Below, one piece after another: positions 31,338 to 41,496 of a DNA stretch of 64,000 nucleotides. The position numbers and the translations under genes are program-made. The notes beneath the pieces were generated by a model, which saw only the letters and a list, made by a program, of their open reading frames with translations, was not told where the DNA came from and made no database searches. The stretch lies in IMG/VR virus record IMGVR_UViG_3300024346_000011. One strand, 5' to 3'. How positions within the stretch are numbered: position 1 is the first letter of the stretch; the number at the start of each line of letters is the position of its first letter. The stretch is from a virus.

Positions 31338-33266
31338 TTATCTTATAATGTCAAATTCAAATGTCTTGTTTACTGCGTCAACACATACCATTTCGATATA
31401 TGGTTTAGTGCTAATCAATTCTGACGCTGGAATTGATCCTTTTAACAACCAACTACCACCTGTTTTAATATAAACATTGATCGACTTATTATTTAAATTG
31501 TAAATTTTATCTCTAAAAGACATCTTTACAACTTGACCTAATTTAAAACCAACGGTAGAATCGTCTATGTATATATTGAAATCATATTCGAACTTCTCTT
31601 GTTCAAGGTATAATCTAATTAAGTTATCATACTTCTTAACTCTAGTCCAAATACCTTGTGAAGCTGCATTTGCTGGATTAAATTTATTAGAAGCATTTAA
31701 GTCAGATACAATTTGACCAGTCTGAAAATTATAAACTCTAGATTCTGATAAGGTATAACCGTAGTTTGTGTTATTAATTTTGATCTTGTTTGGAGTTGAC
31801 TTATCAACAACTACTCCATCGCCGCTAACAACAACATCAGTGTTATATTGCAGCTCGGTTGGAATTTCACCAGAGATCACCTGGTTTAATCTTTTATTTG
31901 TAGATGAGATTAATTGTAGGATAGAACCCGAGTTCTCAAAATTCAATGCAGCAGCCTCTAGCGACTCTTCTACATCGGCTAATCTAGCTAAAATATCCGT
32001 CTGTTGTGCAGATGTTAAAACTGCATTTTCAATATTGTATAATCTCTTTAAAATATCTGCGTGATTGTTGTTTGCTTCAGCTAAAACCTTAGCGGCGTTT
32101 TCCAACGCAGATGTTGTATCAAAGAATACATCCATTGAGAATGTTGTGAAGTCATTAATATTCTTCTCAATACCAACATTATCAAGTGATGAATTAAATT
32201 TAACGTTTAATTTCAAGGCAAATGCGTTACCATTTAAACCAGTAACGTCATTTGGCTTATACTTAGACACTTCTGGAATGTACCAACCTTGACCAGCCGG
32301 ATCCTCTTTCCAGTTATCTAAAATAATAATACCATAAAGGTTAGTTGATCTTTGTGCAGCGTTAGACTTAGAATATACATCATAATAAACTAAGATTGCG
32401 TTGAATCTGAAATCACCGCCACGCTTTGCGTAATCTACTAAATTATTTAATTTTGGATCATTAACGATTTGAGCATAAGTGTATGGATTAAATTCGATAC
32501 CGTATGCATATCCATTATTTACATCTAACGTAATTTGACCGCTATTATTATCAGCTAATGCTTCTAAATTAATATTTGGATCTGGGTGTGTTTGACCTGC
32601 TCTACCATTAATAAAATCAGTTGGAGAATATGCAGTTGCAGTTGTGTTAAAGTTTGAAACTTTAAATAATACATCTGGTGTATAACCAACATAAGAAGGA
32701 ACGTTAACAAATACTTCGTTATATGTGTTACCTTGATAGTTTTTATCGTTAGTTACATCAATGTTTCCAATGTATTTTACAACTCTAGAATATTCAGAGC
32801 CAGTTTGAAGTGAATCATCTTCTTCAACTACTCTAGCATATCCACTTTCAACTTCTTGTGAAGTACCTTGGCGAACTCTAAAACCACCTAAATGGTGTAA
32901 CCATTTGAAAAAGATTTTTTCAGAATCTGAAGCAAATCTTACCGCATCAAAATCATCATCGTTTAAGATAAAGTTTTCAAAGTTTAATGCGTAGTTTTGA
33001 AAGGTTTGCGCAAAATCGACGTTAGCATTACTATTAGGAACATAATCAGCACCACTTGCATCAAACAAGTTTTCAAATTGAATGTAATTACTTGTTGAAC
33101 CTTGAGATGGCTCAGCAGCTACTGGTAAATCCAATAGTGCGAACTTTGAGTATTCAAACACAATGTCAGGATTGTAATACGCACGAGTAAGATCCCTAGC
33201 AGCGCTAGAAAAAGCATACATCGTGCCGCCCTGTTCTTGTGGTATTCTAATTAATGGTGTTGCCAT
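31338..33266 (-). CDS. virion structural (baseplate) protein
   Basis: 642 aa; context; FRFNAILVYY..NLYGI segment and central coiled coil. Confidence 0.55.
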   Translation of the reverse strand: MATPLIRIPQEQGGTMYAFSSAARDLTRAYYNPDIVFEYSKFALLDLPVAAEPSQGSTSNYIQFENLFDASGADYVPNSNANVDFAQTFQNYALNFENFILNDDDFDAVRFASDSEKIFFKWLHHLGGFRVRQGTSQEVESGYARVVEEDDSLQTGSEYSRVVKYIGNIDVTNDKNYQGNTYNEVFVNVPSYVGYTPDVLFKVSNFNTTATAYSPTDFINGRAGQTHPDPNINLEALADNNSGQITLDVNNGYAYGIEFNPYTYAQIVNDPKLNNLVDYAKRGGDFRFNAILVYYDVYSKSNAAQRSTNLYGIIILDNWKEDPAGQGWYIPEVSKYKPNDVTGLNGNAFALKLNVKFNSSLDNVGIEKNINDFTTFSMDVFFDTTSALENAAKVLAEANNNHADILKRLYNIENAVLTSAQQTDILARLADVEESLEAAALNFENSGSILQLISSTNKRLNQVISGEIPTELQYNTDVVVSGDGVVVDKSTPNKIKINNTNYGYTLSESRVYNFQTGQIVSDLNASNKFNPANAASQGIWTRVKKYDNLIRLYLEQEKFEYDFNIYIDDSTVGFKLGQVVKMSFRDKIYNLNNKSINVYIKTGGSWLLKGSIPASELISTKPYIEMVCVDAVNKTFEFDIIR

Positions 33267-33284
33267 TTATGTTATCTATTTGTT

Positions 33285-33842
33285 TTAGAATGTAACAGTA
33301 CAATTAACCTGAGAGATGATGTACCAGAAAGATCCAACATATCTTAAAGTTAAAGTACCATTAGACAAAATTGTTGCCGCAGTTGCACCTGCAATATTAG
33401 TTGCATCCAAGACGATTTGGCCGCCATCAGCGATCAAAGTAATTTCTTGGCCTGCATCTCCTGCTGCTAATACATTTGTACCCGTTAAGGCAGTTGCATC
33501 TAATACGTAAGTAGTTGCAATGTATTGGTTAGCTGCTGGCATTGTAGTAGCTGAAACAATTGAGTGTCTAAAACCTTCTTCTAAGATAACTGTACCTTCT
33601 GCTGTGAAATCTACATTTGCAATAACATCAGTATTTGAAACTGAAAATAAATTTGAACCGCCGTTTGCTAATGTAAGGCCACCCGCTTGAATACCACCAG
33701 AAATAGATAAAGTCTGTGAAGTTGGATCCAAAAGATCTGTTACATCTACAATCTCGGTATTTAATGCGTTGAAATTGTCGTTAATAACAATCCTTGAAGA
33801 AGCTAAGCTATCTGTTGCTAAAAGAGTCGTGATACTTGCCAT
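33285..33842 (-). CDS. short fibre/baseplate-attached protein
   Basis: N-terminal DSLASSRIVINDNF resembles the fibre-attachment INxNF motif of the two fibres. Confidence 0.55.
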   Translation of the reverse strand: MASITTLLATDSLASSRIVINDNFNALNTEIVDVTDLLDPTSQTLSISGGIQAGGLTLANGGSNLFSVSNTDVIANVDFTAEGTVILEEGFRHSIVSATTMPAANQYIATTYVLDATALTGTNVLAAGDAGQEITLIADGGQIVLDATNIAGATAATILSNGTLTLRYVGSFWYIISQVNCTVTF

Positions 33843-33843
33843 T

Positions 33844-36582
33844 TTAAATAATATTTAGTATGTTTTTTGTTACTTTATTTTTATTACCATTCAAGTCAGT
33901 AAGTTCCAGCTCAACTGTATAAAAACCTTTTTGTTTAAACAGATGAGTGAACCACTGATTATTATAATATATATCCTGGATATTTAAAGTATTATTTATC
34001 AACCTCCATTTTTGCGAAATTATACCAGGCATATTAGTCAAATCATATGATAGGGTTACGTGATTCATTTTATGTAAATCTACAACATCTCTAAAGATAT
34101 ATGTATCATTGAATCCTGGGTTATAACTTGTAAAGTTGATTTTATTTAAGATTTCACCACCAAATTGGCTATTGAAATACACGTTTATAAAGTCATAATT
34201 TCTGCTTGGCTCTTTTGCCACCGCTAAAATATAGTAACAAACATCCTCACCAAGAGGGCCGGTTCCAGTTAATGGGTCTGCGTCTTGGTCTAATAGGATC
34301 GGGTTCCAATTGAATTTACTAAATAGTGGATATTGTACTGGATCCAGATTGTTTAATTCATCTGCAATTCTTTCCCACGCATCAATATCTGCATTATCAA
34401 GTGGATATAATTCTGTAATTGAATAAGCATCAGTAATCACATTATGTCCCTGTTGTTGTTCAATAACTAAATCAGATCCGTTTATAAACTCATTTACACC
34501 TTGATTCATTTGAACTAGATTAACTTTAAATGATGAATTAATGTCTCCACCAATTCTTGTCATTTTCCAAGTAACTTCTTCGCTATCTGACCAAGTGTGT
34601 GTATCTAATGCGCCCCATTGGTAAGGACCTGGGGTTTCATTAAATCCTGAAGGTTGAGTTGAATCTAAGTATCTGCGAATTGTTGAATATTCAACGCCAT
34701 AGGCTTCGTCATTTACATAATTAGCACGATCTAACGTTAAGTAGAAAGAACCTACAACATCGCCAATTGGCTCTAAGTTTTCTCTAGACCATTCCCAATC
34801 AGAACCAGCCTTAGCCCATGTAAAATTATACTCTCCCCATGTTAAAGGTTTCGTAGCAATTTGTGTAACCCCGTAAATTTCAACATTCTTATTTTTAACT
34901 TGGATCCAATCTTTCTTAATCTTAGTACTTTTTACATTATACAAGTCATACAGGTTGGCCTCAATGTGATAACTTCCAGCAAATGGTAGAACTAATGGGA
35001 ATTGGATATAATCCTCGATCGGGCCCCTAAATGACTTATCATAATTAGGACCTTTAACAACCCATTCAATCTCATAAACACCTCTATGCCACCAGTTTTC
35101 CCAAGTTAATAAGTGGTTACCAGTATCTTCGGCATCCATCCATGAAAATTGAGCATCTTCCCACATGTCTTCTAAGCCTTCAATTTCTAAAACAAGAGGA
35201 GCACCAATTGGAATACCTGCAATTGTGTTAAAGGTATCTAATGGCTTATCGTAATATATTGTATAAAAGTTTTTAATTGATTCAACAACTTCTGCTCTAT
35301 CATTTGAAAGAGCCAATTGATTAAAGTCTTGATTTTTACCAGTTAAACGATAATCAACAAATCTAAGATCTTCAATAAAAAGCTCTCTAAATTCTGGAGT
35401 TTTAACACTCTCAAATTCTCTACCAGCATCTTGATTTTTAATGCTGTGTTGGTTAGTCCAAACATTTTGATTAAATTGAGAGAAGTAATCGCCTTCACCA
35501 GTAATATCTACAATTTTAGATTGCAACGGTAAATATTCACGCTGCAATTTGTTTTTTAAACCATATAATTTAATTAAGATTTCATCTGGTGAGAAATCGC
35601 TCATTTCTTCAACAGCTGGAATATCCCATTCGTCATAATCACCTGTTGGTGTGTTCAATCTATAAACTAGTGAAAACCTTGAAGTCTTTTTATGATTTGA
35701 GTTCGGTAATTCAGTTGTTCTGTTCTTATCAGCTAAAAATCCTTTAACTTCTTGATTAGGAACCGCAACTGCTAAAAGCTTACCAAAGTTTTCAGATTGT
35801 TCATTAACATTTAACCAATATTCTTTTAGGGTTAAATTGTTATAACCAAAAAAATCAATTGCATTTAATAATGCTTTATATGTACCAATAAAAGGCTTGA
35901 TTTGAGACGCTTGTAATAATAACTCTTTGCGCTTTTGGTTAATTAAGATCCAATCTGGCGAACCTTCTTTAACATCCATATCTTTAAAGATAAAGAAATC
36001 TAATGGACTTAAAGACATTCCCATATTGGTTAATAATACATCTAATCTCTCGTCCTCTGCCTCAATTTCGCCGTACACTCTAATTTCAGCATACTTAACT
36101 GAATCAATATAAACATTTAAAACGCGAGTATGATATGAATCAATTTCTGATTTAAATGCAATTTGTGCTTTAACTGGGATTGGTTTAGCCGCATTAGTTA
36201 TAACCTTTAATCCATTCTGAGTTCCAACCGAGTACGAAGGATCTAATATGGCTGATTCTTGATACTTATCAATATTTACAAATGGCTCTCCGTTTTCAAG
36301 CTTTGCACTATATAAGAAAATATCATTAGAAGATTCATAATCAGCCTGAAATTCAAATTTAATTTTAACATCATTGCCTGATTCTGAAATTGGGGTAACC
36401 CATTGTGTACCACCAACTTGATTGATTGTTTCTTCTAAAATAAAAATAGTATAAGTTTCATATAAACCTGCAGAAACTATAGGCAAATACACATTTGCTT
36501 GATAGAATCCAAGTGTATCATTCCAAACAGTATTCAGTTGATCTGAATTGCTATCAAAAAATCTTAAGTTTTGGTATGCCAT
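33844..36582 (-). CDS. baseplate wedge protein (gp7/P2-gpI-like segment, PKD-like repeats)
   Basis: IGTYKALLNAIDFFG motif; G.Y.IE/VELELTD PKD-like strands; downstream of gp6. Confidence 0.55.
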   Translation of the reverse strand: MAYQNLRFFDSNSDQLNTVWNDTLGFYQANVYLPIVSAGLYETYTIFILEETINQVGGTQWVTPISESGNDVKIKFEFQADYESSNDIFLYSAKLENGEPFVNIDKYQESAILDPSYSVGTQNGLKVITNAAKPIPVKAQIAFKSEIDSYHTRVLNVYIDSVKYAEIRVYGEIEAEDERLDVLLTNMGMSLSPLDFFIFKDMDVKEGSPDWILINQKRKELLLQASQIKPFIGTYKALLNAIDFFGYNNLTLKEYWLNVNEQSENFGKLLAVAVPNQEVKGFLADKNRTTELPNSNHKKTSRFSLVYRLNTPTGDYDEWDIPAVEEMSDFSPDEILIKLYGLKNKLQREYLPLQSKIVDITGEGDYFSQFNQNVWTNQHSIKNQDAGREFESVKTPEFRELFIEDLRFVDYRLTGKNQDFNQLALSNDRAEVVESIKNFYTIYYDKPLDTFNTIAGIPIGAPLVLEIEGLEDMWEDAQFSWMDAEDTGNHLLTWENWWHRGVYEIEWVVKGPNYDKSFRGPIEDYIQFPLVLPFAGSYHIEANLYDLYNVKSTKIKKDWIQVKNKNVEIYGVTQIATKPLTWGEYNFTWAKAGSDWEWSRENLEPIGDVVGSFYLTLDRANYVNDEAYGVEYSTIRRYLDSTQPSGFNETPGPYQWGALDTHTWSDSEEVTWKMTRIGGDINSSFKVNLVQMNQGVNEFINGSDLVIEQQQGHNVITDAYSITELYPLDNADIDAWERIADELNNLDPVQYPLFSKFNWNPILLDQDADPLTGTGPLGEDVCYYILAVAKEPSRNYDFINVYFNSQFGGEILNKINFTSYNPGFNDTYIFRDVVDLHKMNHVTLSYDLTNMPGIISQKWRLINNTLNIQDIYYNNQWFTHLFKQKGFYTVELELTDLNGNKNKVTKNILNII

Positions 36583-36845
36583 TAGATATTAAGATCGTCT
36601 TTTTTGGTTGTATATGATTTGTACTTTTTTAAGTATTTAACCGAATCAATTAAATCAGCTAGAGTCTCTTGTAAAAGAGAAATAAAGTCATTCATTACTG
36701 GACTTCTATAAATATATTGAGAGATCGAATTCCTTAAAATATTATCACGGTAATTATTACCTAAATGTTTACGCTCATCAACCGCAGTTCTACGAACTGA
36801 ATATAATCTTTCCTTTCTTGATTTAAATAGATTCTCGAACGCCAT
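36582..36845 (-). CDS. hypothetical baseplate-associated protein
   Basis: 87 aa, coupled to neighbours. Confidence 0.55.
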   Translation of the reverse strand: MAFENLFKSRKERLYSVRRTAVDERKHLGNNYRDNILRNSISQYIYRSPVMNDFISLLQETLADLIDSVKYLKKYKSYTTKKDDLNI

Positions 36846-38665
36846 TATAATGCCTTTCTATTTTTAGCCTGTACTTTAGCAAAAATTGTATTTGGAACCG
36901 CAGGTTCGTCGAAGTAGATTGAAAGCGCTGCCATTTCACCAACTTTAGCGTCATCTAAAACTTCAACATTGTCTCTGTCAACCCAACCACCTCTAAACAT
37001 TGCAACCTCTTCTTTTTCAAGAATAATATCGCCAAACGAATCTAGGTTAATTACATTCTCTGGAAGAGCTGCACCTGGTTCAAAGTTAACCTTTCTCTCA
37101 GTTACTGTTCTCTTAAAGAAAACATATTTACTATTACCGTTACCAATATCTTCAAGGACTGGTGTTGATGGAGTTACTATAACTGTCTTTGTCAAATAGT
37201 AACCTAATCTGCGTGCATCCTCTTCAACCTTTGAAATAAATCTAATATTCACTGAATCGACACCTTCAACTCCCTCTAAGAGGGCGATAATGTCCGACTT
37301 AGGTAATCTATCTCTTCTCGTGATGTTGATTAAATAGTTTGAAATCTTAGAACGAATTTCTGTTGCTAATGTAGACTTATCATAACCTTCAAAGTAACGA
37401 ACCTTAACGTCCATTCTAAAATACTGCGGTTGTGGCTCAACAATTTTAACCTCGGTTGTAACCATCTGTTGACCGCTTTGCTCTAATAAGTCAAGGATGC
37501 CGTTCTTTTCTTCGCTTGAAAAAAAGAATTCATCCATCTCTAAATTAAAGTAATCTTTGTTTTTGGTTAATTTACGTTTAGTGTCTGGTAACATGAATAA
37601 GTAAATCACGTTATCATCATCAATATAACCATCATCAGTCGTATTATATGCATCTAAATAAGAGAACATTCCATATTTAGAAAGGAAATGCTCGTAATTA
37701 TCTGGAGTTGCCAACACAAATGAATGTGATTGCATCGGAGCAATCAATTTAGTTAATTGAGTTGATTCTGGATCTGCCCCCATTCTTGGCGCAACAGTAA
37801 AGCTCGATTCTAATAATTCATTTAAATTATATTCATTACCAACTGGATCATATCCAGCTGAAATAAATTCAAATGTTAAATCTTTTTGGCCAGTTAAGTT
37901 ACCAACTGCACCAGCAGTTACGATATATTCAATTTGAATTGCAGCACCTGCAACCGGAATCTTGCCAAATGAACCATTACCAAAATAAATATCTAATCCA
38001 CCTGATAAACCTGTTTTAACTAAACATCCTTCAGTATCAACTTTCATATCATATAATGAATCGTATAATGTCCATAACTTACTATTGACATATACTCTTA
38101 CATGTTTATGATCAGTGAAACCCTTAATTCTAATATTAAATGATTGTAAAGCTTCACCAGTTCCTGTTACAGTTTGCGTTTCGACTTTACCTTGAATAAC
38201 TGGAATGTAAATATAGTCTGCATTAGTTTTTTCAATTCTAAATAGATCACTATTTGTTCTTAAAACATATTCCAAATTATTTGTCTTAGATCTAATAATA
38301 GTATTACGTGGAAAATTGATTGAATCACCTGCGATATCATTAAAGGCTGAAGTATTTAATCGCACTCTGATTTCACCATTTGCGGCTGCTCCTCTAAAAG
38401 GATCGTGACCTGCTAAACGAGCAAGTCCATAGATAGATTCAGGCTGTTGGGCCGTTAAAATATTTTGCTCAACTGTTGAATCTTCAATATAAAAGAAGAT
38501 CATTTTAGTTATCTCAGATAGAACATCTAAAATCTGAGAGAACGGTGAAGCAGTGGTAAACAATTCGCTAGTTCTACCATACAAACGAGCAATATACGAC
38601 CTTGTGTCGTTAATCATCTCATTGGCTTTTACCCTGCTTGCCGATAAAAATTTAAATTCAGCCAT
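36845..38665 (-). CDS. baseplate wedge protein gp6/gpJ-like
   Basis: TAQQPESIYGLARLAG, IYFGNGSFGKIP, EYIVTAG..GN, GADPES, ATPDNY. Confidence 0.85.
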   Translation of the reverse strand: MAEFKFLSASRVKANEMINDTRSYIARLYGRTSELFTTASPFSQILDVLSEITKMIFFYIEDSTVEQNILTAQQPESIYGLARLAGHDPFRGAAANGEIRVRLNTSAFNDIAGDSINFPRNTIIRSKTNNLEYVLRTNSDLFRIEKTNADYIYIPVIQGKVETQTVTGTGEALQSFNIRIKGFTDHKHVRVYVNSKLWTLYDSLYDMKVDTEGCLVKTGLSGGLDIYFGNGSFGKIPVAGAAIQIEYIVTAGAVGNLTGQKDLTFEFISAGYDPVGNEYNLNELLESSFTVAPRMGADPESTQLTKLIAPMQSHSFVLATPDNYEHFLSKYGMFSYLDAYNTTDDGYIDDDNVIYLFMLPDTKRKLTKNKDYFNLEMDEFFFSSEEKNGILDLLEQSGQQMVTTEVKIVEPQPQYFRMDVKVRYFEGYDKSTLATEIRSKISNYLINITRRDRLPKSDIIALLEGVEGVDSVNIRFISKVEEDARRLGYYLTKTVIVTPSTPVLEDIGNGNSKYVFFKRTVTERKVNFEPGAALPENVINLDSFGDIILEKEEVAMFRGGWVDRDNVEVLDDAKVGEMAALSIYFDEPAVPNTIFAKVQAKNRKAL

Positions 38666-38683
38666 TTTTAATTTTTATAAATT

Positions 38684-39037
38684 TTATATGTAAACACCTA
38701 ATTGAAACTTGGAATCAACTCTAATGTCTAAAAACATTACGTGTCTATTCATTTCCTCAACAAGTTCAACGTCGATGGTTACTGGGTATTTTTTTGATAG
38801 TGGAACATATTTATTTAGTTGTTCATTAACTACCTTTTTTATTAAATAATCGTTATATCTTAATTCATATACGTAATCTTCGAGGTTTGCGCCAAAATCT
38901 GGTGAACCAAGAACTGATCCTCTTCTTGTAAAAAGAATAGTTTCGATCTGAGTTAACAACATAGATAAATCATCATCCTGTTGCATTTTATCAGAACTGT
39001 AACCCGGGTCTCCTAATGATCTTACGTAAAATTCCAT
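38684..39037 (-). CDS. baseplate wedge/sheath initiator gp25-like
   Basis: ILFTRRGSVLGSPDFGANLEDYVYE. Confidence 0.88.
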   Translation of the reverse strand: MEFYVRSLGDPGYSSDKMQQDDDLSMLLTQIETILFTRRGSVLGSPDFGANLEDYVYELRYNDYLIKKVVNEQLNKYVPLSKKYPVTIDVELVEEMNRHVMFLDIRVDSKFQLGVYI

Positions 39038-39052
39038 ATACTATATATTTTA

Positions 39053-39883
39053 TTAAGAATGCATCATCCAGTCTGTGCCTTCATCCTCTTTAATTTCTTC
39101 AATAACCTTATCGAGCTCTTCTTGCCCTAAACCTTGAATAGCGTCTGGGTTAACTTGAATATTACCAGGAAGATTAAAAGAGAAAATTTGTAACTTTTGA
39201 CCTAAAGATACTTTAACCTTAGCAGCAACATATCTAAAGAAAATTTCATCACCAAATAGTGCACAATCTGGAATAGTTTCATATACTTCTAAAATAACAT
39301 CTTTCTTAGGAACTTCACCCATGAATTTTAATTGATGTGTTAATTGATTGTAATGAAAACTAAGTGGATTTTGAATAATTTGACGAGCTAAATCAAAAAA
39401 CTTTTCTTGAACAACATAATATTGTAAATTCTCAGCAGCCGCCGCAGTATGAGCACCACCATAAAGACCTCCCATCATAATTCTTTCATATGAAAAATCA
39501 CCTTGCGTAAAGTTAATATCTGCACTACCGCCCCATCTTGAACCTGTTTCAAATACCCCGTACACAGAAAAGATTTCACCACCACCGTTTACTGGATCTG
39601 GGCCTGGAAGAGTGAATGCTCTATTAGCTTTAAAATATGCACTATCAAAAAGTGCAACTGGTAAAACTACAAAAGACTCTTTTACAGAGTATTCATAATT
39701 TTTATAGAACCATTTTTTAGCCCTATTAATTATGTTTAAAACCTCTTTTCTTGGTAGGTTCATTGGGATCATACATGAACCAGTAACCTCATCAGCGATT
39801 TCAGTTACAAAGTTATTTAAACAATCTGAATCAAACTGAGGGTCCTGTGCCCAATCGTCGTTTCCTACAAAAATGTTGCTCAT
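39053..39883 (-). CDS. neck protein gp13-like
   Basis: C-terminal RYVAAKVK..LG..L..F...LPGNIQVN....GQEELDK. Confidence 0.75.
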   Translation of the reverse strand: MSNIFVGNDDWAQDPQFDSDCLNNFVTEIADEVTGSCMIPMNLPRKEVLNIINRAKKWFYKNYEYSVKESFVVLPVALFDSAYFKANRAFTLPGPDPVNGGGEIFSVYGVFETGSRWGGSADINFTQGDFSYERIMMGGLYGGAHTAAAAENLQYYVVQEKFFDLARQIIQNPLSFHYNQLTHQLKFMGEVPKKDVILEVYETIPDCALFGDEIFFRYVAAKVKVSLGQKLQIFSFNLPGNIQVNPDAIQGLGQEELDKVIEEIKEDEGTDWMMHS

Positions 39884-39893
39884 CGTTTTTATT

Positions 39894-41189
39894 TTATATT
39901 TCTTGATATAGAATCTTTTCTACACCGTCAAATGTTGCTGTTTTTTTATCGTATTTACCTTCTCTAAAGATTCCGCCTTTCATTTTGCCTTTCATAACGC
40001 CATCAATTCCAAAAACATAACAGTCATTTACGTGGCATGTTTGATGAATATATGAACTTTTAACTTTAGAGCTATTAATCTGTGAAAATTGAAAGAAGTT
40101 ACAATGCTCGATATCTGAGCCATTAACATCACATCTAAAAATATCACAGTGCCTAAACTCTCCTCTTAAACTTGAGTTTACAAAATCATAATGTCTTAAA
40201 TCAACACAATATTCAAGTTTACCATCATTCAATTGAACCTTACCGGTATCCGTATCATAGTTGATATGTCCTTTAGTTAATTGTCCATGCGTAAACAATC
40301 TCATTACTTGATCCTTAATGTTTGACCAATATAGATCTAAAATTCTTCCATCTTTTTTTAAATCAACTGTAAATTGGATATCTTTCCAACCCTTTTCAAT
40401 ATTTCGCCAATCTTTTGTAGCATCAATAATTCTCTGATTCTCTGCTAAGATTCTCTTCAATTCTAACGCATTTAATTGTGTAAAATTTTGATCTTCTGTT
40501 GATTTCCAAAGTTGTATTAAAAAGCTATCTAATAAGTGTAGAATTGTTGATGTTTTCTTTTCATAATCTTTACCACCAAGATATCTAAACTCTAAATAGT
40601 TTTTATGTCTCTTCTCAAAGTTAATGCCATAATATTTAGTGTCTGGGAAGATAAAGTTTTGTGAATTAATATGTTTACCGTCAAAGAAATAGGTGTCCTT
40701 AGTTGGTAAGATAAATTTAATAGATTTAGCGTATGCAGATCCTTCGCGCTTTGGAAAGAACTTAAACACTTGATCTTCTTTAAAATCAAGAATAAATTTA
40801 AGAACATTCATCTTAGCGATTCTAGTCTTTACGTCAATCTTATTTTTATCAAAAGATAGGTTTAAGTGGATACCAGCCCTATCAGTTGTCCAACCATTCT
40901 TTTCAATCCACTGTAATACGTTGATGATTAATAATCTACCCTCATAATATGGCAAAGCGCCGGTAACCAATTCCATAAGACCTTGGCCACCGCTCATATC
41001 TGGTTCGATCTTGAATTCCTTTGCAGTCACTTCAAAATCTGAGTGCGCTTTTGTTTCAACTCTAATCTTCTTATTTAAAACCTGCTCTAACGCCTTTGCA
41101 GTTTTTTCAGGTCCTAAGTCAGAGAAGAATTCAAACTCCACACCCACCAGGGCATTTTTCAATATTTCTGAATCATTAAATGTATTCAT
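39894..41189 (-). CDS. putative amidoligase (COOH-NH2 ligase family) with C-terminal beta-helix-like repeats
   Basis: GVEFEF, IEPDMS, ELVT, AGIHLNLS, KYYGINF, LEFRYLGG. Confidence 0.8.
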   Translation of the reverse strand: MNTFNDSEILKNALVGVEFEFFSDLGPEKTAKALEQVLNKKIRVETKAHSDFEVTAKEFKIEPDMSGGQGLMELVTGALPYYEGRLLIINVLQWIEKNGWTTDRAGIHLNLSFDKNKIDVKTRIAKMNVLKFILDFKEDQVFKFFPKREGSAYAKSIKFILPTKDTYFFDGKHINSQNFIFPDTKYYGINFEKRHKNYLEFRYLGGKDYEKKTSTILHLLDSFLIQLWKSTEDQNFTQLNALELKRILAENQRIIDATKDWRNIEKGWKDIQFTVDLKKDGRILDLYWSNIKDQVMRLFTHGQLTKGHINYDTDTGKVQLNDGKLEYCVDLRHYDFVNSSLRGEFRHCDIFRCDVNGSDIEHCNFFQFSQINSSKVKSSYIHQTCHVNDCYVFGIDGVMKGKMKGGIFREGKYDKKTATFDGVEKILYQEI

Positions 41190-41249
41190 TCGCGAATTAA
41201 TTAAACTTAAGTTAGTTTATATATTCAACATAGATTATCATATTAACCT

Positions 41250-41302
41250 GAAAAAAAGTTTCACAAATATTTTTTTATGTCGCGGAAAAGTGTTATATTT
41301 AC
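41250..41302 (+). promoter_or_regulatory. class A promoter on the plus strand
   Basis: AAAAAAAGTTT...ATTTTTTTATGTC-N11-TTATATTTAC; matches minus-strand copies at 56548, 56947 and 60805. Confidence 0.7.
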
Positions 41303-41305
41303 TTT

Positions 41306-41448
41306 GTTAGTTGGAGGTAAGTAATTCGGTAAGGAGCAAGTCCGAAGTTAAGAGGTCCCTGAAGCAGTCGCAACCCACTACTCAACAACTAGCCATCTGC
41401 TCGAGAGGATGGTGGAATAAGAGGACTATGCATGGTCCTCTTTTTTTT
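41306..41448 (+). ncRNA. putative structured small RNA (about 140 nt), family unknown
   Basis: Own promoter and terminator, no ORF, locally GC-richer; 41306-13 pairs with 41386-93; hairpins 41325-46 and 41393-412. Confidence 0.6.
41419..41448 (+). terminator. intrinsic terminator of the plus-strand RNA
   Basis: aagaggacta-tgca-tggtcctctt followed by a T-run. Confidence 0.8.
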
Positions 41449-41452
41449 GCAT

Positions 41453-41478
41453 AAAAAAAGGGGCCGTTTGGCCCCTTT
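41453..41478 (-). terminator. intrinsic terminator of the S1 gene
   Basis: aaaggggcc-gttt-ggccccttt with a plus-strand A-run (T-tract on minus). Confidence 0.85.
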
Positions 41479-41496
41479 CATTTCTTTCTAGAGAAA

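Noticed and set aside
41350-41376. AAGAGGTCCCTGAAGCAGTCGCAACC resembles fragments of SAM-I riboswitch, SRP domain IV or a hammerhead core
   Set aside because: Required flanking helices and conserved elements (kink-turn, GGAA loop, GAAA) are missing and there is no downstream plus-strand gene.
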